Translations under genes and position numbers: made by a program
Shown here: positions 51,751-64,000 of the stretch, piece after piece
Layout of the letters: each line of letters opens with the position of its first letter
How positions within the stretch are numbered: the first letter of the stretch is position 1
From: Chrysomallon squamiferum
Lineage: Eukaryota > Animalia > Mollusca
Direction of reading: 5' to 3'
Length of the DNA: 64,000 nucleotides
Assembly: GCA_012295275.1 (NCBI GenBank)
Contig: CM022677.1
Location: 15,066,001 to 15,130,000, forward strand
Notes under the pieces: model-generated
What the model saw: the letters and a program-made list of their open reading frames with translations, nothing else
The model's database searches: none
What the model was told of the DNA's origin: nothing

Positions 51751-54436
51751 CTCCAAGAGACTGCATTGTCAATGTGATCAGAACATCCAGTGTACACATT
51801 GTACTTCATAGGCAGCTTGCACTTTTTTATCTTTGATGTGTGCTTAGTTATTCTAATGTTTCTCACTGGAAGAGTAATGGATATGCATCATTGCTATGGA
51901 ATGCCATTTTTCTAGATAAGCTAAAAACCAATTTTTTCTTTATCTTATTTAAATCAGGGGAGTTTGCTGGGGGTAATGTAAATACAATTGAAGATTGTGT
52001 AGTTGGGGTAATTATAATTTAATTGTTTTTTTTTTTTTTTTATAATTCAGGAAACCTTTTTTTTTATATGTCTTTATATTATTTAAATCATGGGAAATTC
52101 AAGGGTTTATTGGAGGTAATGACTATTAATAAAATTTCTATTAAATAAATTAAAATTTTATTTGCATTAACCATGACTTTGTTATTTTTCATTAGAAGAA
52201 ACATTTCAAGTTGAAATTACTCAAAAACCTGTCTAGATAATAAAACTTAAATATTCAGTTATTTTTGTTTAGACATTTCTGGCAGTTTTTTTATAATTTA
52301 ACTTTCCCACTTTAGAAAGAATAATTGAATTATGTCAATAAGGAATCTTTAAAAAATGGAAAATAATTTATAAATGATACAAAAAAAAAACAGAAAAAAA
52401 ATGTACATAATTGGAATTTTTCCGAGTATTTTATAATTTGCCTTTCACATTTTCATAAAATTCAAAAAATTATTTCAAAAATGTGCAGATGGAAATTAGT
52501 TGTTCTTAACTGTTTTAAATCCTGACATTTACAAAATCAAACCCATTGCATCTTATCTTAAAACAATAATCAAAATAGAAAATAATGTTAAGGTTCTTAA
52601 CATTAAAAATGTTACTGCAATTCAAATTTTCAAAAAAAAATAAACAAATAAAGAATAGTCTTTGTGTGTTTTTATTTTTATTATGTATATATTGATAACA
52701 TCTTCGGTATTTGTTGTCAACCAACAAAAGATAATCTGATTTTTATATATACATGTTGTTCGATTTTATGAAAAAAAAATCAAAGCACTAGAATGAATTT
52801 ATAATCTCTCTCTTTTTATATCTTAAAAACCGTTAAATATCAGTTTTTCCCTTAGATTTTAAAATGAAAAAAACAAAAAAACTATTCCAAAATTAAATTC
52901 AACATTTTCTAATCAACCAGTTTCCATTAATTTTTGGTTTATTTGATTTATTATTATTATTATAAACAATGAATTTTTATTTTAATTTAAGGGGCAAATC
53001 GTAAAAGAAATTTTTTTTAAGCGAAATAGGAATTTTATAATACTTAAGTAATATAAAAATTCTAAGCCTGTATCTAAACTCAAAAATGAAATACCCATGC
53101 CTCAGATAACACGAAAAATTTAATTTCCTTGGTCACATACACTGCATTGTCTTTTATGTAGAATATATATATATATATACCCATTTTCTTTCCTAACAGC
53201 CAAATACATATATCTACATCTGTTCGTGTGTTTCTCTGTCAATCCATAAATTCTGCACAGTTGTAACATGTTTTCTGTCGTTGCCTGCTTCTCTCTATGA
53301 ACAGTCCAAATTAGTTATTATTATTATTGTTCTATCTATATATCTCCCTGATAGTTTATATACTTTAAGTGTATCTCCTATTAAACTTACTGTTTCAGTG
53401 TTGCCTGTTCATTTCAAAATTAATTGTTTTAATTTACTTTTGCGATGTTGATTGTAAAATTGTGTTTCAGTTTCTTTGTATGATATCTGCTTTGATTTTA
53501 TATAATATCAACAAGTTGAATATTTCTTATTTAAAATTTCATTTATCATCAATAGTAAACATGGAGTAAAACGTAGCAGATGCAAAGTGTCACGCGAGGT
53601 CTCGATTACGTCATCAGTTTTACAGTCTTACAGTAAAACAAGTTTCTGAGGCGAAGACAATGCCTTTTTTGTCTTGTCTTTTTTAAATTAATAATACAGG
53701 AAAACCTGAGGATTTTGAAATCAATATAAAATTCTCACATTATTTTTTCTGATTCTACATTTTTCCGTATAAACTGCGGTCCATTATAAACTTAATGTTT
53801 ATCTTTTTTTCTTTTTTATTATTGTTTATTTTTTATGTAAATATATTTATTTATTTTATTTTATTATTATTTTTTGTTTCTTAATCCTGGCAAAGTATGT
53901 ACGAATAAAAATGCGACTGATTAAAACTCAACGTGTTATTTTCTTTATTTTTAGGGCGTTATGCAATTTTAAGCAGTGAGATAGTGATATATATATATTT
54001 TATTAACTTTACTTCAGAATATATTAGTAAATAGAGGATTAATTATCAGTATAATAACATATTAATCTCTGAGTTTCCTGGAATATCACCATTTTTTAAA
54101 ATGTAGAATATTACTCTCACAGCATCTCTGTGGTTCTAGCTATTTCGCGGGACTTGTAATTATCACAGTAATAAGTAACAGAAAACCACACTGATCATAT
54201 CTTTTTCTGTCTCTCTAAATCACATTTTATTAAAGAAAACAAAAAAAATTCAGAACATATTCAGCAAAATTATTAAATTTTTTAAGCTTCATACGTCAGT
54301 TTATTTTATCACAATTTTACAAATTCACGCATAACCAGGCTCCGATCTGTTATTTATTTATTTTTATTATTATTTGTTTATTTTATTATAATTATTATTA
54401 TTATAATTATTTTTGTTTTTGATTTTTTAAATTTTC

Positions 54437-54484
<48 letters not shown>

Positions 54485-55437
54485 TAATACAGTGAGATCT
54501 CCTCCTACAAGATGTAAAGAGTAATTTCTCAGCTCAGTTTGCAAGAGATTAATAACAGATTTTTATTAGCGTAATTTTCATGAAGATAATTTGAGACTTC
54601 TCGACAGAATTTACATTTGTATTTACTACCAGCTGTGCCACTTACACGAATAAATTACGTTCACTCTTAGTAAATGTACCACTGTTTACATTGATATTTT
54701 ATTAAGTTTATCTCTAACAAATATGTATATAATAGTCAGTATAATTTTGGATACAGCTAAAGGAATATTATCGGCTTTTCAAAAATAATCTCATCATTTT
54801 AATATAGTAAATGTCGTCAATCAATTTTAAATTACATGTGAAAACTGCGCTCAGTTTTCAGCATCATGCAGAACTTTTTAGTGAAATCTGTTCTGTTGTT
54901 AATCACATTAATCATTATCTGAGCTTTTATTTATAGTGGCATTTTACAGCGCTCGACTTGTAAATTCAGAAACAAATAACTGTTAACACTGAACACGTGA
55001 GACGTTACACTTTACTTGAATCACAAAATTTGATTTTGCATAGCAAACGATATTAAAATTAAAATTCACAGGGATAAGCGGCGTTTTCTATTTGAATAAA
55101 AGGCAACGTAATTCACATTAATACATAAAACCAGCGCCATTTATTTTTTACCATAAACTGATACTGAGTGAAAATAACGTGATGTTTTATTATGTTTTCC
55201 TCTGTTTGCATCATACAAAATACTGATAATTTCACGTACATTTTATTCTACTAGTAGAAATCTTATAGTTAATATTATAATTTTTAAGTTACATCATAGA
55301 AAACATGCCTGTCCTCCTGAACTAGTGTTTATGAGATATGAGGATATTTTTAGTTAGCTAGACGAAATTGTTTCATCTTGTTAAAATGTAACAATGATGT
55401 TATTACTATAAAGTAAATATTAATGTTTCTTCTGCAG

Positions 55438-55680
55438 TTAATAATATTAAACTGGCCCTTCTCATCTATATAATATGTCTAATATGATATGCATATCCAA
55501 TATAAACTATATAAATTGTTGTGATACTACGCTGTACAGCTGACAGTAATCCAGACAGTGTTGTATTTGAATGGCGAACTGGTACAAAACACCTCACTGA
55601 CGGTTCTCTGTTTCAAATCTCCTCATTTCAACAGTCAGACCAAGGAGAGTACACATGTTCAGCAACTTCTTTTAACTTAG
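55438..55680 (+). pseudogene. Isolated immunoglobulin-like (I/C2-set) domain exon, degenerate at the 5' end
   Basis: VILRCTADSNPDSVVFEWR...SLFQISSFQQSDQGEYTCSAT has C, W and DxGxYxC; acceptor TTTCTTCTGCAG at 55437; no convincing donor. Confidence 0.7.
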
Positions 55681-56703
55681 ACTTAAACTCGTTTGTAATT
55701 TACCCTTCCAATATGTCAAAACGAATAACACGATACCGGCAAATGCTGATGATAAAAAGAAACGGAAGACAATAACTTTAGAAACAAAATACATTATCTT
55801 AAATGAAACCAAACCCACAATGAGCGGCATATAATTATTTCTTAATGTATTTGTATAAGTTGATTTGTAAATGATTTACTGTTTACTTAATATCTATTAA
55901 AATCTATTAAATAATTTATGTCTAAACTGCCGTTTTATTTGTCCTTATTTCACCTCTTTTTTTATGTCAGATCTCATCAGCGAGAAAGTAACCACTGCTT
56001 TTAACCTTAATTCTATGTAAATTAGTCTCCCGCTTAACGATACGTCACTTCACTATCGGAAATTTGGAACCAATTACATCTTTAATCTGAGGTATTATTG
56101 TAGTATGGATATCGCTTATCGCATAAAGTATGCAAATATGACAAATATCGAAATAATCTATGTATCGAATATAGTGGATGTAAATAATTAAAAAAGAAGG
56201 TATTATCTAAAAGTATTCCCAATGGTTTGGTCCTTCGTATGAACTTTTTCAGTCATAGCCAAAGTATTTGCAGGTCATAATATCTTTAGTGTACATACTA
56301 TTAATATACTATGTCACATATATTGTATTATATGTGCACAATGTGAATATGTATGTTTGCATAACGTAAATATGATCAGTAACTAATATCTTGAACATGT
56401 TTAAGTTGAATATGGCTGAATTCGAACAGTTAATGATAAATGTAACGTTCACATATTCTGTTTACTGAATATAAGTAAATTAATCGTAAAATGTGTTAGT
56501 CATTTATAATATTTTTGTCGTTTTCTTTTACAGAAGCAAGCCATAAGCATTAACAAAAAAACACATCTTTATGCTTTTTACTTTTCTTTTATTTATTTAT
56601 TATTTGTTTTAATAGAAGATGAAATTGATGTAAAATTGTTTATTATTGGTCGCTTGTTTTGTAATTGAAAGGAAATGTTTATGAATTAGAAATGACCAGT
56701 TTA

Positions 56704-56885
56704 AATAATAATAATAATAATAATAATAATCATAATAATAATAATAATAGTAACAGTAACTGTAATTATAGTAATAAGAATAAGAATAAGAAGAATACGA
56801 ATAATAACAATAATAATAATGATGTTCGTGATGATGATTATGATCATGATAATGAGGAAGAGGAAGATGATGATGATAATAATGA
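56704..56885. repeat. (AAT)/(GAT) trinucleotide low-complexity tract
   Basis: Directly visible. Confidence 0.9.
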
Positions 56886-58625
56886 AAAAGTAAGAAATCT
56901 ACAACAAATGAGCAGTGAACGCTTATTCTGCTTTCGGTTGATGTTACATAATCGATTTAGGAACAATGCGCTCCGCCTCTGAATGTTAGAAAGAAACCAG
57001 ATGTATGCACAGGCCAAGTTCATTATATACAGAGGTAATCAGGTATTGCGATAGACCAGCTTTTTCTACGAAATGGGAATTCAACCAAATGGGAAGACAC
57101 CATAAAAATAAGTGAACTTTACAAGAGGGCACATTCGGCACCGTTTCATTGGATCTCCATATCGAATCAGCACTGACTTCCTGAGATGGCAATAATAATA
57201 CCAAGGAGCCCATAATCCATTTGCCATGTTTCCTCCTTTTGTGCAAATGTCGCAAAAGGTAGTTATAATTCTCAAAATGTTCGTTAAGTCAAAAACAAGA
57301 TGTTCACTGATTTTTAGCCACGATTTGTTGTTATCGTTGTGGTAGTGTGGGAGGGTGTTTTATTTAAAAAAAAAAAAAAAAACTAAAAAAAAAAATAAAA
57401 AATAAAAAAAAACAAAACAAAATAAATAAATAAATAAATAAAAGAATGAAAGGAAAGGAAAAGAAAAATGTGTAGCACTTTTCACTTCCGTAACAAATAT
57501 GAAATGTAGATCAGGTATTAATCTTTATTTATTTGAAATATCAATATCATGAAAATATGTATACCGCTAAATGTTTTCTAAAATCCGTTTTGTATCGTAA
57601 ACAAACTATTATCGCTTTATTTTGGGAATGTGATAAAAATACTGGTATTTGACTGAATGTTTATTGTTGTTCTACCTGAATAGATTAAATGTATATTATA
57701 TTAATATATAATTAATTAGCTATTACATTAGCTACTGTAGGATTGTAATCTCATGCAGTCAACATGACATCTTGAACATTTCATAAAAAATATCTTGCGT
57801 TTTAAAGAATATTTTAAAATTTAATGAACTTCGATCACAGTATTTGTTTCAATAAAGCTTGAAACAATGAACTGAAATCAGAAGACTTTCTGGAACATAA
57901 AATTTCCATCATCCTCTTATTTTTTAGGTACAAGATATCCTCAATCGTTAATATCGGTTGAAGAAACTTTCTCGTGCTGCGGTGGCGAAACTTGGAGAAA
58001 CAGAAACGAGCCTTTAAGAGAATTGTTACTGCTAACAAATTGCATCCATGTTCGCTACTTTAGCCGATATGTTTAAAATTCCTTCCAGACCTTGGTACCG
58101 TTCTTTATGACCGTGGCTTATCGCTTTGCTTTGAACTAGTGTAACTCCTTTTTACCTAAAATCTTTATCATTACTTTTTTTCAAGGCAGTGTCACAGGAT
58201 CCTATAACGATAGCAGTAACTGACCCTAAATTCAGATTTCCATGTAAACGAAATGGAAACCCATAACAGAATGGGTAAGCTACCCAAATTGGGTTTGCTC
58301 TATGAGTAATAACAGATAGGATTTTATATATTTAACTGTTTTATTAGCACGTTTAAGTTTACTAGAAACAATACATACACTACATTTCTGAATCTATATT
58401 TGCGCTATCGCTGACAAATTACTACAGCAGTAACAGTGAACAACAATATTTGTAGCATATCAGAACTACTAAACATATTTATTAGTTACAATTACTCTGA
58501 ATACACACTCAAAAAAGCAGATAAACGAGATTAATTTTTATGTTGCTTGCAATCTGACAACCATTTTCGAAGTGAACTTCACGCTGGCTAATGGGGAGTG
58601 ATGCCAACCGACTAATATCATTAAT

Positions 58626-58660
<35 letters not shown>

Positions 58661-58714
58661 TTCCGACTCCGGTTGAATAGCTAAATTCATAACAATTTCA
58701 AGAGAGTTATCTCC

Positions 58715-58750
<36 letters not shown>

Positions 58751-59389
58751 CTACTTCAAATGCAGATTGTAGAGTTCAGAATATTTGGTGGTTTCTTAAT
58801 AAGGATTCTATATTCTATTAACAAAATCAATTTATATTAGATTTAGCTTACTGTGACGAAGCTTTCACCTTTCGTGCGATTAAGTACAAAGCCCGAGACT
58901 ATAAAACTACATTGATTAAATGAGTGGCGGCATGTCGGATGTTGGGAAATTGTGTCTGTTTCTAACATTATTCTTCACCCAGTTCGAAATTATTTCAGGT
59001 ATTGTTAAAAATAGGATATATATATATATATAATTTACTTTACATTTTAACTTTACATATTAAATTTAAAACACATTATTAATGTATAATGCATATGTTT
59101 AGTAATTTGCAGGTTGTATGCTTTTCTTCAATGTTCTGACTTTTTGCATATACTCCATATTATTATTATTATTATTATTATTATTCTCGTGTTCTAACTG
59201 TTCATATCAGTACTGTAAAATGAAATTCATCTGAAGATGTCATTTTTAGACCCAGTAGTTTTCATTTTTTTTAAAAAGCATTTTTCTTTTTCGTGTTTTT
59301 TGTAAATTCGGTTTCATTTCCTTTTTGGGAATAAATGATGTAATAAAACAAAATAAAATAGAAAATACACTATTTTCACTGGTCTTTAT

Positions 59390-60010
59390 TCAAGATTCTT
59401 CTGGCCATGTAATTGTAACTAAATGAAGCAAACTTCAATGTCTCCATTTACATGGCATGTTGCTTTGCTCTTTTCTTCTCTCATTAAGTGGATGTTTGTA
59501 GTTGAGAAAAACTTATTTCAACATCAACAGAAGTTACATGCATCCAAACAGCATCAGATGCTATGGCAGATAGCTTTAGGAGGCAACTCTGCATTGTGCA
59601 TGCCTTGCCAAAACTCGGAAATGGACAAAATAGTGATAAGTACTTCATGATACCCCATATACATGAGCCATTCCTCGAGCAACTCAAGAAATGGATTCTG
59701 CAGAGCCTCGAGAGCAGTGAAGTCTTTGATATTGTGTGCGATTGCAGACAGCTGAGATGAATCAAAATTTCGTACTGTTTTGTAGTACGGATTTGCTGGA
59801 TTCTTGTCCCATTAGTCTTCAAGTTCATTTAGGTAGAGAGGTGTTTTATGAAGTAGTTCTTTTTCTCAGATTTCTTATACAGTGAGTGAGTGACGATTTG
59901 ATCATAGATATCAAATTAGACATGTGGGATAAATCTCTGTTCTGGATTAGCTCAGAGGCCAGGTTGACAATATGAGCAAGACACAGTACATGCACAGTTC
60001 AGATAGACAA
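59390..60010 (-). mobile_element. Decayed hAT transposase remnant (CGGBP1-related type)
   Basis: VHVLCLAHIVNLASE (CxxH motif, ~59950-59996) and KLSAIASDAVWMHVTSVDVEISFSQ/YKHPLNERR (TSVDVERSFS-type C-terminus); frameshifts. Confidence 0.7.
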
Positions 60011-62159
60011 CTGACAAATCATTCCTGTATGACTTCTTACAGTATGCAAATTATATTATTAAAATCAATTTCTAAGCTAAACTATTACGCTTTTACAACA
60101 CCGATCAAATATGTCTTCCCTTGAATGATCCCAGTAACATTCAAGATGTAGGTACCGGCATCCTAGCCGATATAATTGGTCAAAGCTGTTAAAAGATAAT
60201 ATTTTGTCCATTTTCCTCCACTCCCAAATCCCTTCTATAAACAAATACATGTAACTAAAGATCTTTATGTGCACTTTTAAATGGTGTTGTTGTTCTTGTT
60301 GTATGTTAAATCAGTTCTGTGTACGAGAGTGTTAAGCGCGTTGGGGGTAAACGCACTTCGGCACCCGTGGTCAGCAATCAGCGTGGAGTAAAAAGTCCTA
60401 AAATACAAACGCCTGGCTTGTTTTCGCCACAATGACTTCAAGGAGGGTCAAAGTTCAATCTTTCTAGCAGTGTGCGTGTCGTCGCTGGCAATGGCTTATA
60501 TCAATAGTTGTGTCCAAAATGTACTTTTTCATGCCTTCAAACCTATTTTTTTTTTTAAAAACTGGCTGAAAATAAATCCTATTTTCACGGGATCAAATGA
60601 AAGATCATTCAATTACCTTTCAACCAATGTGCGACACTACGGTGTGTCTTCTTTGGCGAAAAGAAGCTCCGCGTTTGAAAGGGAAATCGCCATTACGTTA
60701 CGTTTTTTACAGAAGGATATCGCCGTAGATTTCATGTACAGCTAGAATGGTCTGGCGCAGTTTGAAATGATTATATTTATATGTTGTTTATATTTTTAAT
60801 AACTTGTTGGCTGATTATTTTTCTTCAATGTTCCTACTTTTAGCGTATTATTATAGCACGTGCGTAGCGAAATCGCATTTTGAAATAAACGAATTAACAT
60901 TGTTTTGACGATTACTATCTTCAGTTTAAAACCATCGATTATTTTGCATTCAAAATTCTTGTGATAAACGTCGAATTAAGAATCGTAAGCATAACAAACT
61001 ATACAACATAATAGAACAATGCATTCAGAGGTATTGATGGAATGCTGAATAAAAATCTAATCACTTTTAAAAAAATATAAAATCATAAATTGATCAGTTT
61101 TAAAACATTATTTTTGCTTATTTGTAAGCTCTATCAAAAAATTTCAACAATGGTCAGATGATAGGTAACTTTTGTTTGCTGTCAAATCACAGCAAGTACA
61201 AACCTAAGAAAATTATTTTATGTTTGGTTCAAATGACAGACTTATAACACCTGTGTCTTTAATTGCCTCTAGTTTCACGATTACATACATTTTATTGTCC
61301 CTGATTAATACCTGCAACACCTTTCTAGAGTTGACTCCAAGGATTAGCTGAGTATATGTATTGCAAAGGATTATGCTTAAACATCAAATGCTTGTAGACC
61401 TTTTCAGTAACATTTATATATATATATGATATATACACATCACAGTATCTTAACTTATTACTGCCAGTTATTTAATAGAGTGAAAATTGAAGCTGCTTAT
61501 GTAAATAAAGTTTTTTTATTACAAATGTTAAATTCAAGTATGTCATTTGAAACATCTTGATAAATTCTTCACAACACAGGTTGAATTTGTCAAATAAGAC
61601 AAAAACTGAAACAACAGTGTTGATTTTTAGTCATTCTGCTGTGTGTCGTTTTGAAGATTTTGGCATGTTCAGCATGTTATTCTGACCACACATACAAACA
61701 TACAGGTCTGAAAAAAATTGAGCTCATTTACCAAGTTAGTCCCATCACTCTTGTTGATTTTCAGTATTTTGTATTAATTACTTTTCAAACTACAGTTGGC
61801 CAAAGTAGCCTTTTCTGCTAATTAGCCAAAATAGGGCTAAAAAAGAACCAAATACCTGTCATACCAATTTGCATATATCTTCTTAACCGCTGGAGATAGA
61901 GTCATAATTTGTTGTGTGTTTTCATTATTTTTGCTTTTGCATATTATGTGAAATTAAAGTCAGAAAAAATTTGCCTGCCGGTACCTACATGATGCCAAGA
62001 TCACGCACTTCAATAGTTTCATCAGCTGTAATACTGACAAGACAATCACACAAAAGAGCCTTTATTGCAGAGAAATGTATGTCAGACAGTTTTGGGACAT
62101 ATGTGGTATAGAGTGTAGATCCTTGAGATATAGCTCTCCTGCCTACTTAAGATGGTTTT

Positions 62160-62759
62160 GGGTCATTCCATGTCAAATCACCCCACCTCCCGAAAAAAAA
62201 GATAGTGATTCCTAGCATCCAAAATTGATCATTCAGGTTTTAGTTAATCAGATGTTATTGGCTGAAAAGGTGTTATATTCATGTATGTGCATATTTCAAA
62301 TCTATATTGCTAGACAAAAAATATTACACCCAGGAAACTTTTATATGTTTTAGTTAACATGTGGGAGATTAAATTTCAATAAAGGTCATCTCAATGTCAC
62401 GTGATCCACACGGTCAATTTCATAGCAAAGGTAAAAAGGTCAGTTTACTCCAGTATTTTCCATTGATCATTCAGGTTTTAGTTAATCAGATGTTATTGGC
62501 TTTTTTATGTATGTGCATTTTTTAAATATATAAAGGTTATAAATACTCCAATATGAACATCCAAACTGAACAAAAATGGCAGATTTCGAATCCTTGTCAT
62601 ATTGCCTTTTCAATAATTCCAATTTTATGACGATTGGCCCAGTAGTTCCTGAGATGTGAGGGTTCTAAGGTTGGTGGTCACGCCCATTTTTGCCAAAAAT
62701 CTCAGACTTCGGTGGGCCATATCTCCCATACCACTGATCCGATTGGGCTAATAATTCAG
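62160..62759. mobile_element. Rearranged derivative of the Sola2-like family
   Basis: Left terminus GGGTCATTCCATGTCAAATCACCC joined to a reverse-complement copy of TIR sequence ~9525-9985; outer right end missing. Confidence 0.85.
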
Positions 62760-63057
62760 TCAATAATTTGGTCAATCATCAAGTTACTTTCAGCAGCACA
62801 GAAAACTTTCTGACCATCATGTGCTCTGCTGGCTGTGTACGTCACACTCAATGTTGTCAGTCTGTCAGTAGTAGTGGGAGATCCAGTGATTCTGACAGGA
62901 AGCTTGTTACTGTCTACGTACCACAAGATCTGTGTCTCATTTGGTGCTGGTTTGGCTCCCCGTACAACACAGGTAAAAACAGCAGAGTCTCCCTCAGTGG
63001 TGCTAAGTGAGTTTGGTCTTGATCCAGAAATGTTCGTGTTCACAGAATTAACTGGAG
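62756..63057 (-). CDS. Ig-like domain exon (CD80-like C2-set, nephrin/kirrel-type); 3' end replaced by transposon sequence, likely non-functional
   Basis: EGDSAVFTCVVRGAKPAP..ILWYVD..TTLSVTYTASRAHDGQKVFCAAES; phase-1 acceptor TTTTCCTTTTCCAG at 63058. Confidence 0.8.
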
Positions 63058-63375
63058 CTGGAAAAGGAAAATAAAGAAAATTTACTGTGCTATTCCTTAT
63101 GATGTAATCAAACCATAAAATTCAGATAATGACACCTAAATGGGATTTACAGCAATTTCTGCAGTGCATAGAGTACTTTGTAAAGATTGCCCTACTCCAC
63201 GTTCATACATACATAAAATATACTCTGTTCCCAATTTAAATAAATTACCTGTTGTGAGCCTTTATTCAGTATTATAATAAACTGCTTGTGCTAATCTAGA
63301 AAGGCCATACAGAGCTCCATAAACCCATGTAAATTTGTCAGCCTTGTAATTTGACCAATTGCTCAACATGAATAG

Positions 63376-63400
63376 GGGTCATTCCATGTCAAATCACCCA
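63376..63400 (+). mobile_element. Solo 25-bp terminus of the Sola2-like family
   Basis: GGGTCATTCCATGTCAAATCACCCA. Confidence 0.75.
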
Positions 63401-63938
63401 TGTCATATCACCCCGTAAGTACCTTTTCCTATGCACAAACTAACTAAAACCAGTGAAAACCAGTATTGAGAGTATCTGTCACTAATCTTTTTTCTTTTTT
63501 TTGATATTATCAGCAATTTGCCAACCATAGTTAGGAAGAAATGAACCACATGCCCCAAAAGCTTTATTATTATTTTATGTATTTTTTTAAAATATTTAAT
63601 TGTAGTTTTATTTATAACAATTTGTTTCAAACTGATTTCATGGCAATGAAATATTTCTGAATTTACATATGGTAAAAGTCTGAACAGAGGAGAAAAATCA
63701 TTCAGGCTGCAAGTTATTAAAAATAAAAACAACATGCAAGAATGTTAGCAAGTTTATACATTAAGGTATTTTAATAATATAATCATTTTAAGCAGTGACA
63801 GTCCTTTCAAGTAGGAAATAGAATTTAAGGATATTTTGCCTACATGGAGATCATCTTGGTAATATTTGTACTAATGTCTATCAAAACCTGACTTTCTATT
63901 TATTGGCTGATTTATTGTTTCATGTTAAATTAACCTAT

Positions 63939-64000
63939 GGGTCATTCTGTGTCAAATCACCCAATGGGTTAAACCTGACCATCTCAGATTTTTATGAAAC
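63939..64000 (+). mobile_element. Start of another Sola2-like copy, runs off the window end
   Basis: GGGTCATTCTGTGTCAAATCACCCAATGGGTTAAACCTGACCATCTCAGATTTTTATGAAAC matches the terminus at 9413-9483. Confidence 0.88.

Noticed and set aside
56665-56982. Asn/Asp-rich protein
   Set aside because: Trinucleotide low-complexity DNA without splice or homology support.
55438-63057. Both Ig exons belonging to one gene, or a RAG-like rearranging receptor locus
   Set aside because: They are on opposite strands and of different Ig subtypes; I saw no recombination-signal-like motifs or segment arrays.

Overview
AT-rich, microsatellite-laden animal genomic DNA. It is probably an invertebrate, and a mollusc-like lophotrochozoan is plausible, but that is inference. 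It is not prokaryotic, and most ORFs in the supplied track are artefacts of simple repeats. I found no clearly intact gene. The window is a patchwork of disrupted, mostly intron-containing gene fragments: RNI-type LRR exons (-), a partly triplicated unknown exon cluster (-), a single TSP1 exon (-), an intronless prolyl 4-hydroxylase alpha fragment (+), a 9-exon MCC-like pseudogene running directly into IRAG/LRMP (MRVI1-family) exons (+), and two isolated Ig-domain exons. These are interleaved with decayed transposons (MULE, two I-group-like LINEs, Sola2-like elements, two hAT remnants, Tigger/pogo, MITEs) and several minisatellites. The most notable signals are the phase-compatible MCC-IRAG/LRMP juxtaposition and minisatellites built from functional junctions (splice sites and the start of LINE ORF2). 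Protein family calls rest on motifs recalled from known families, not on database searches.
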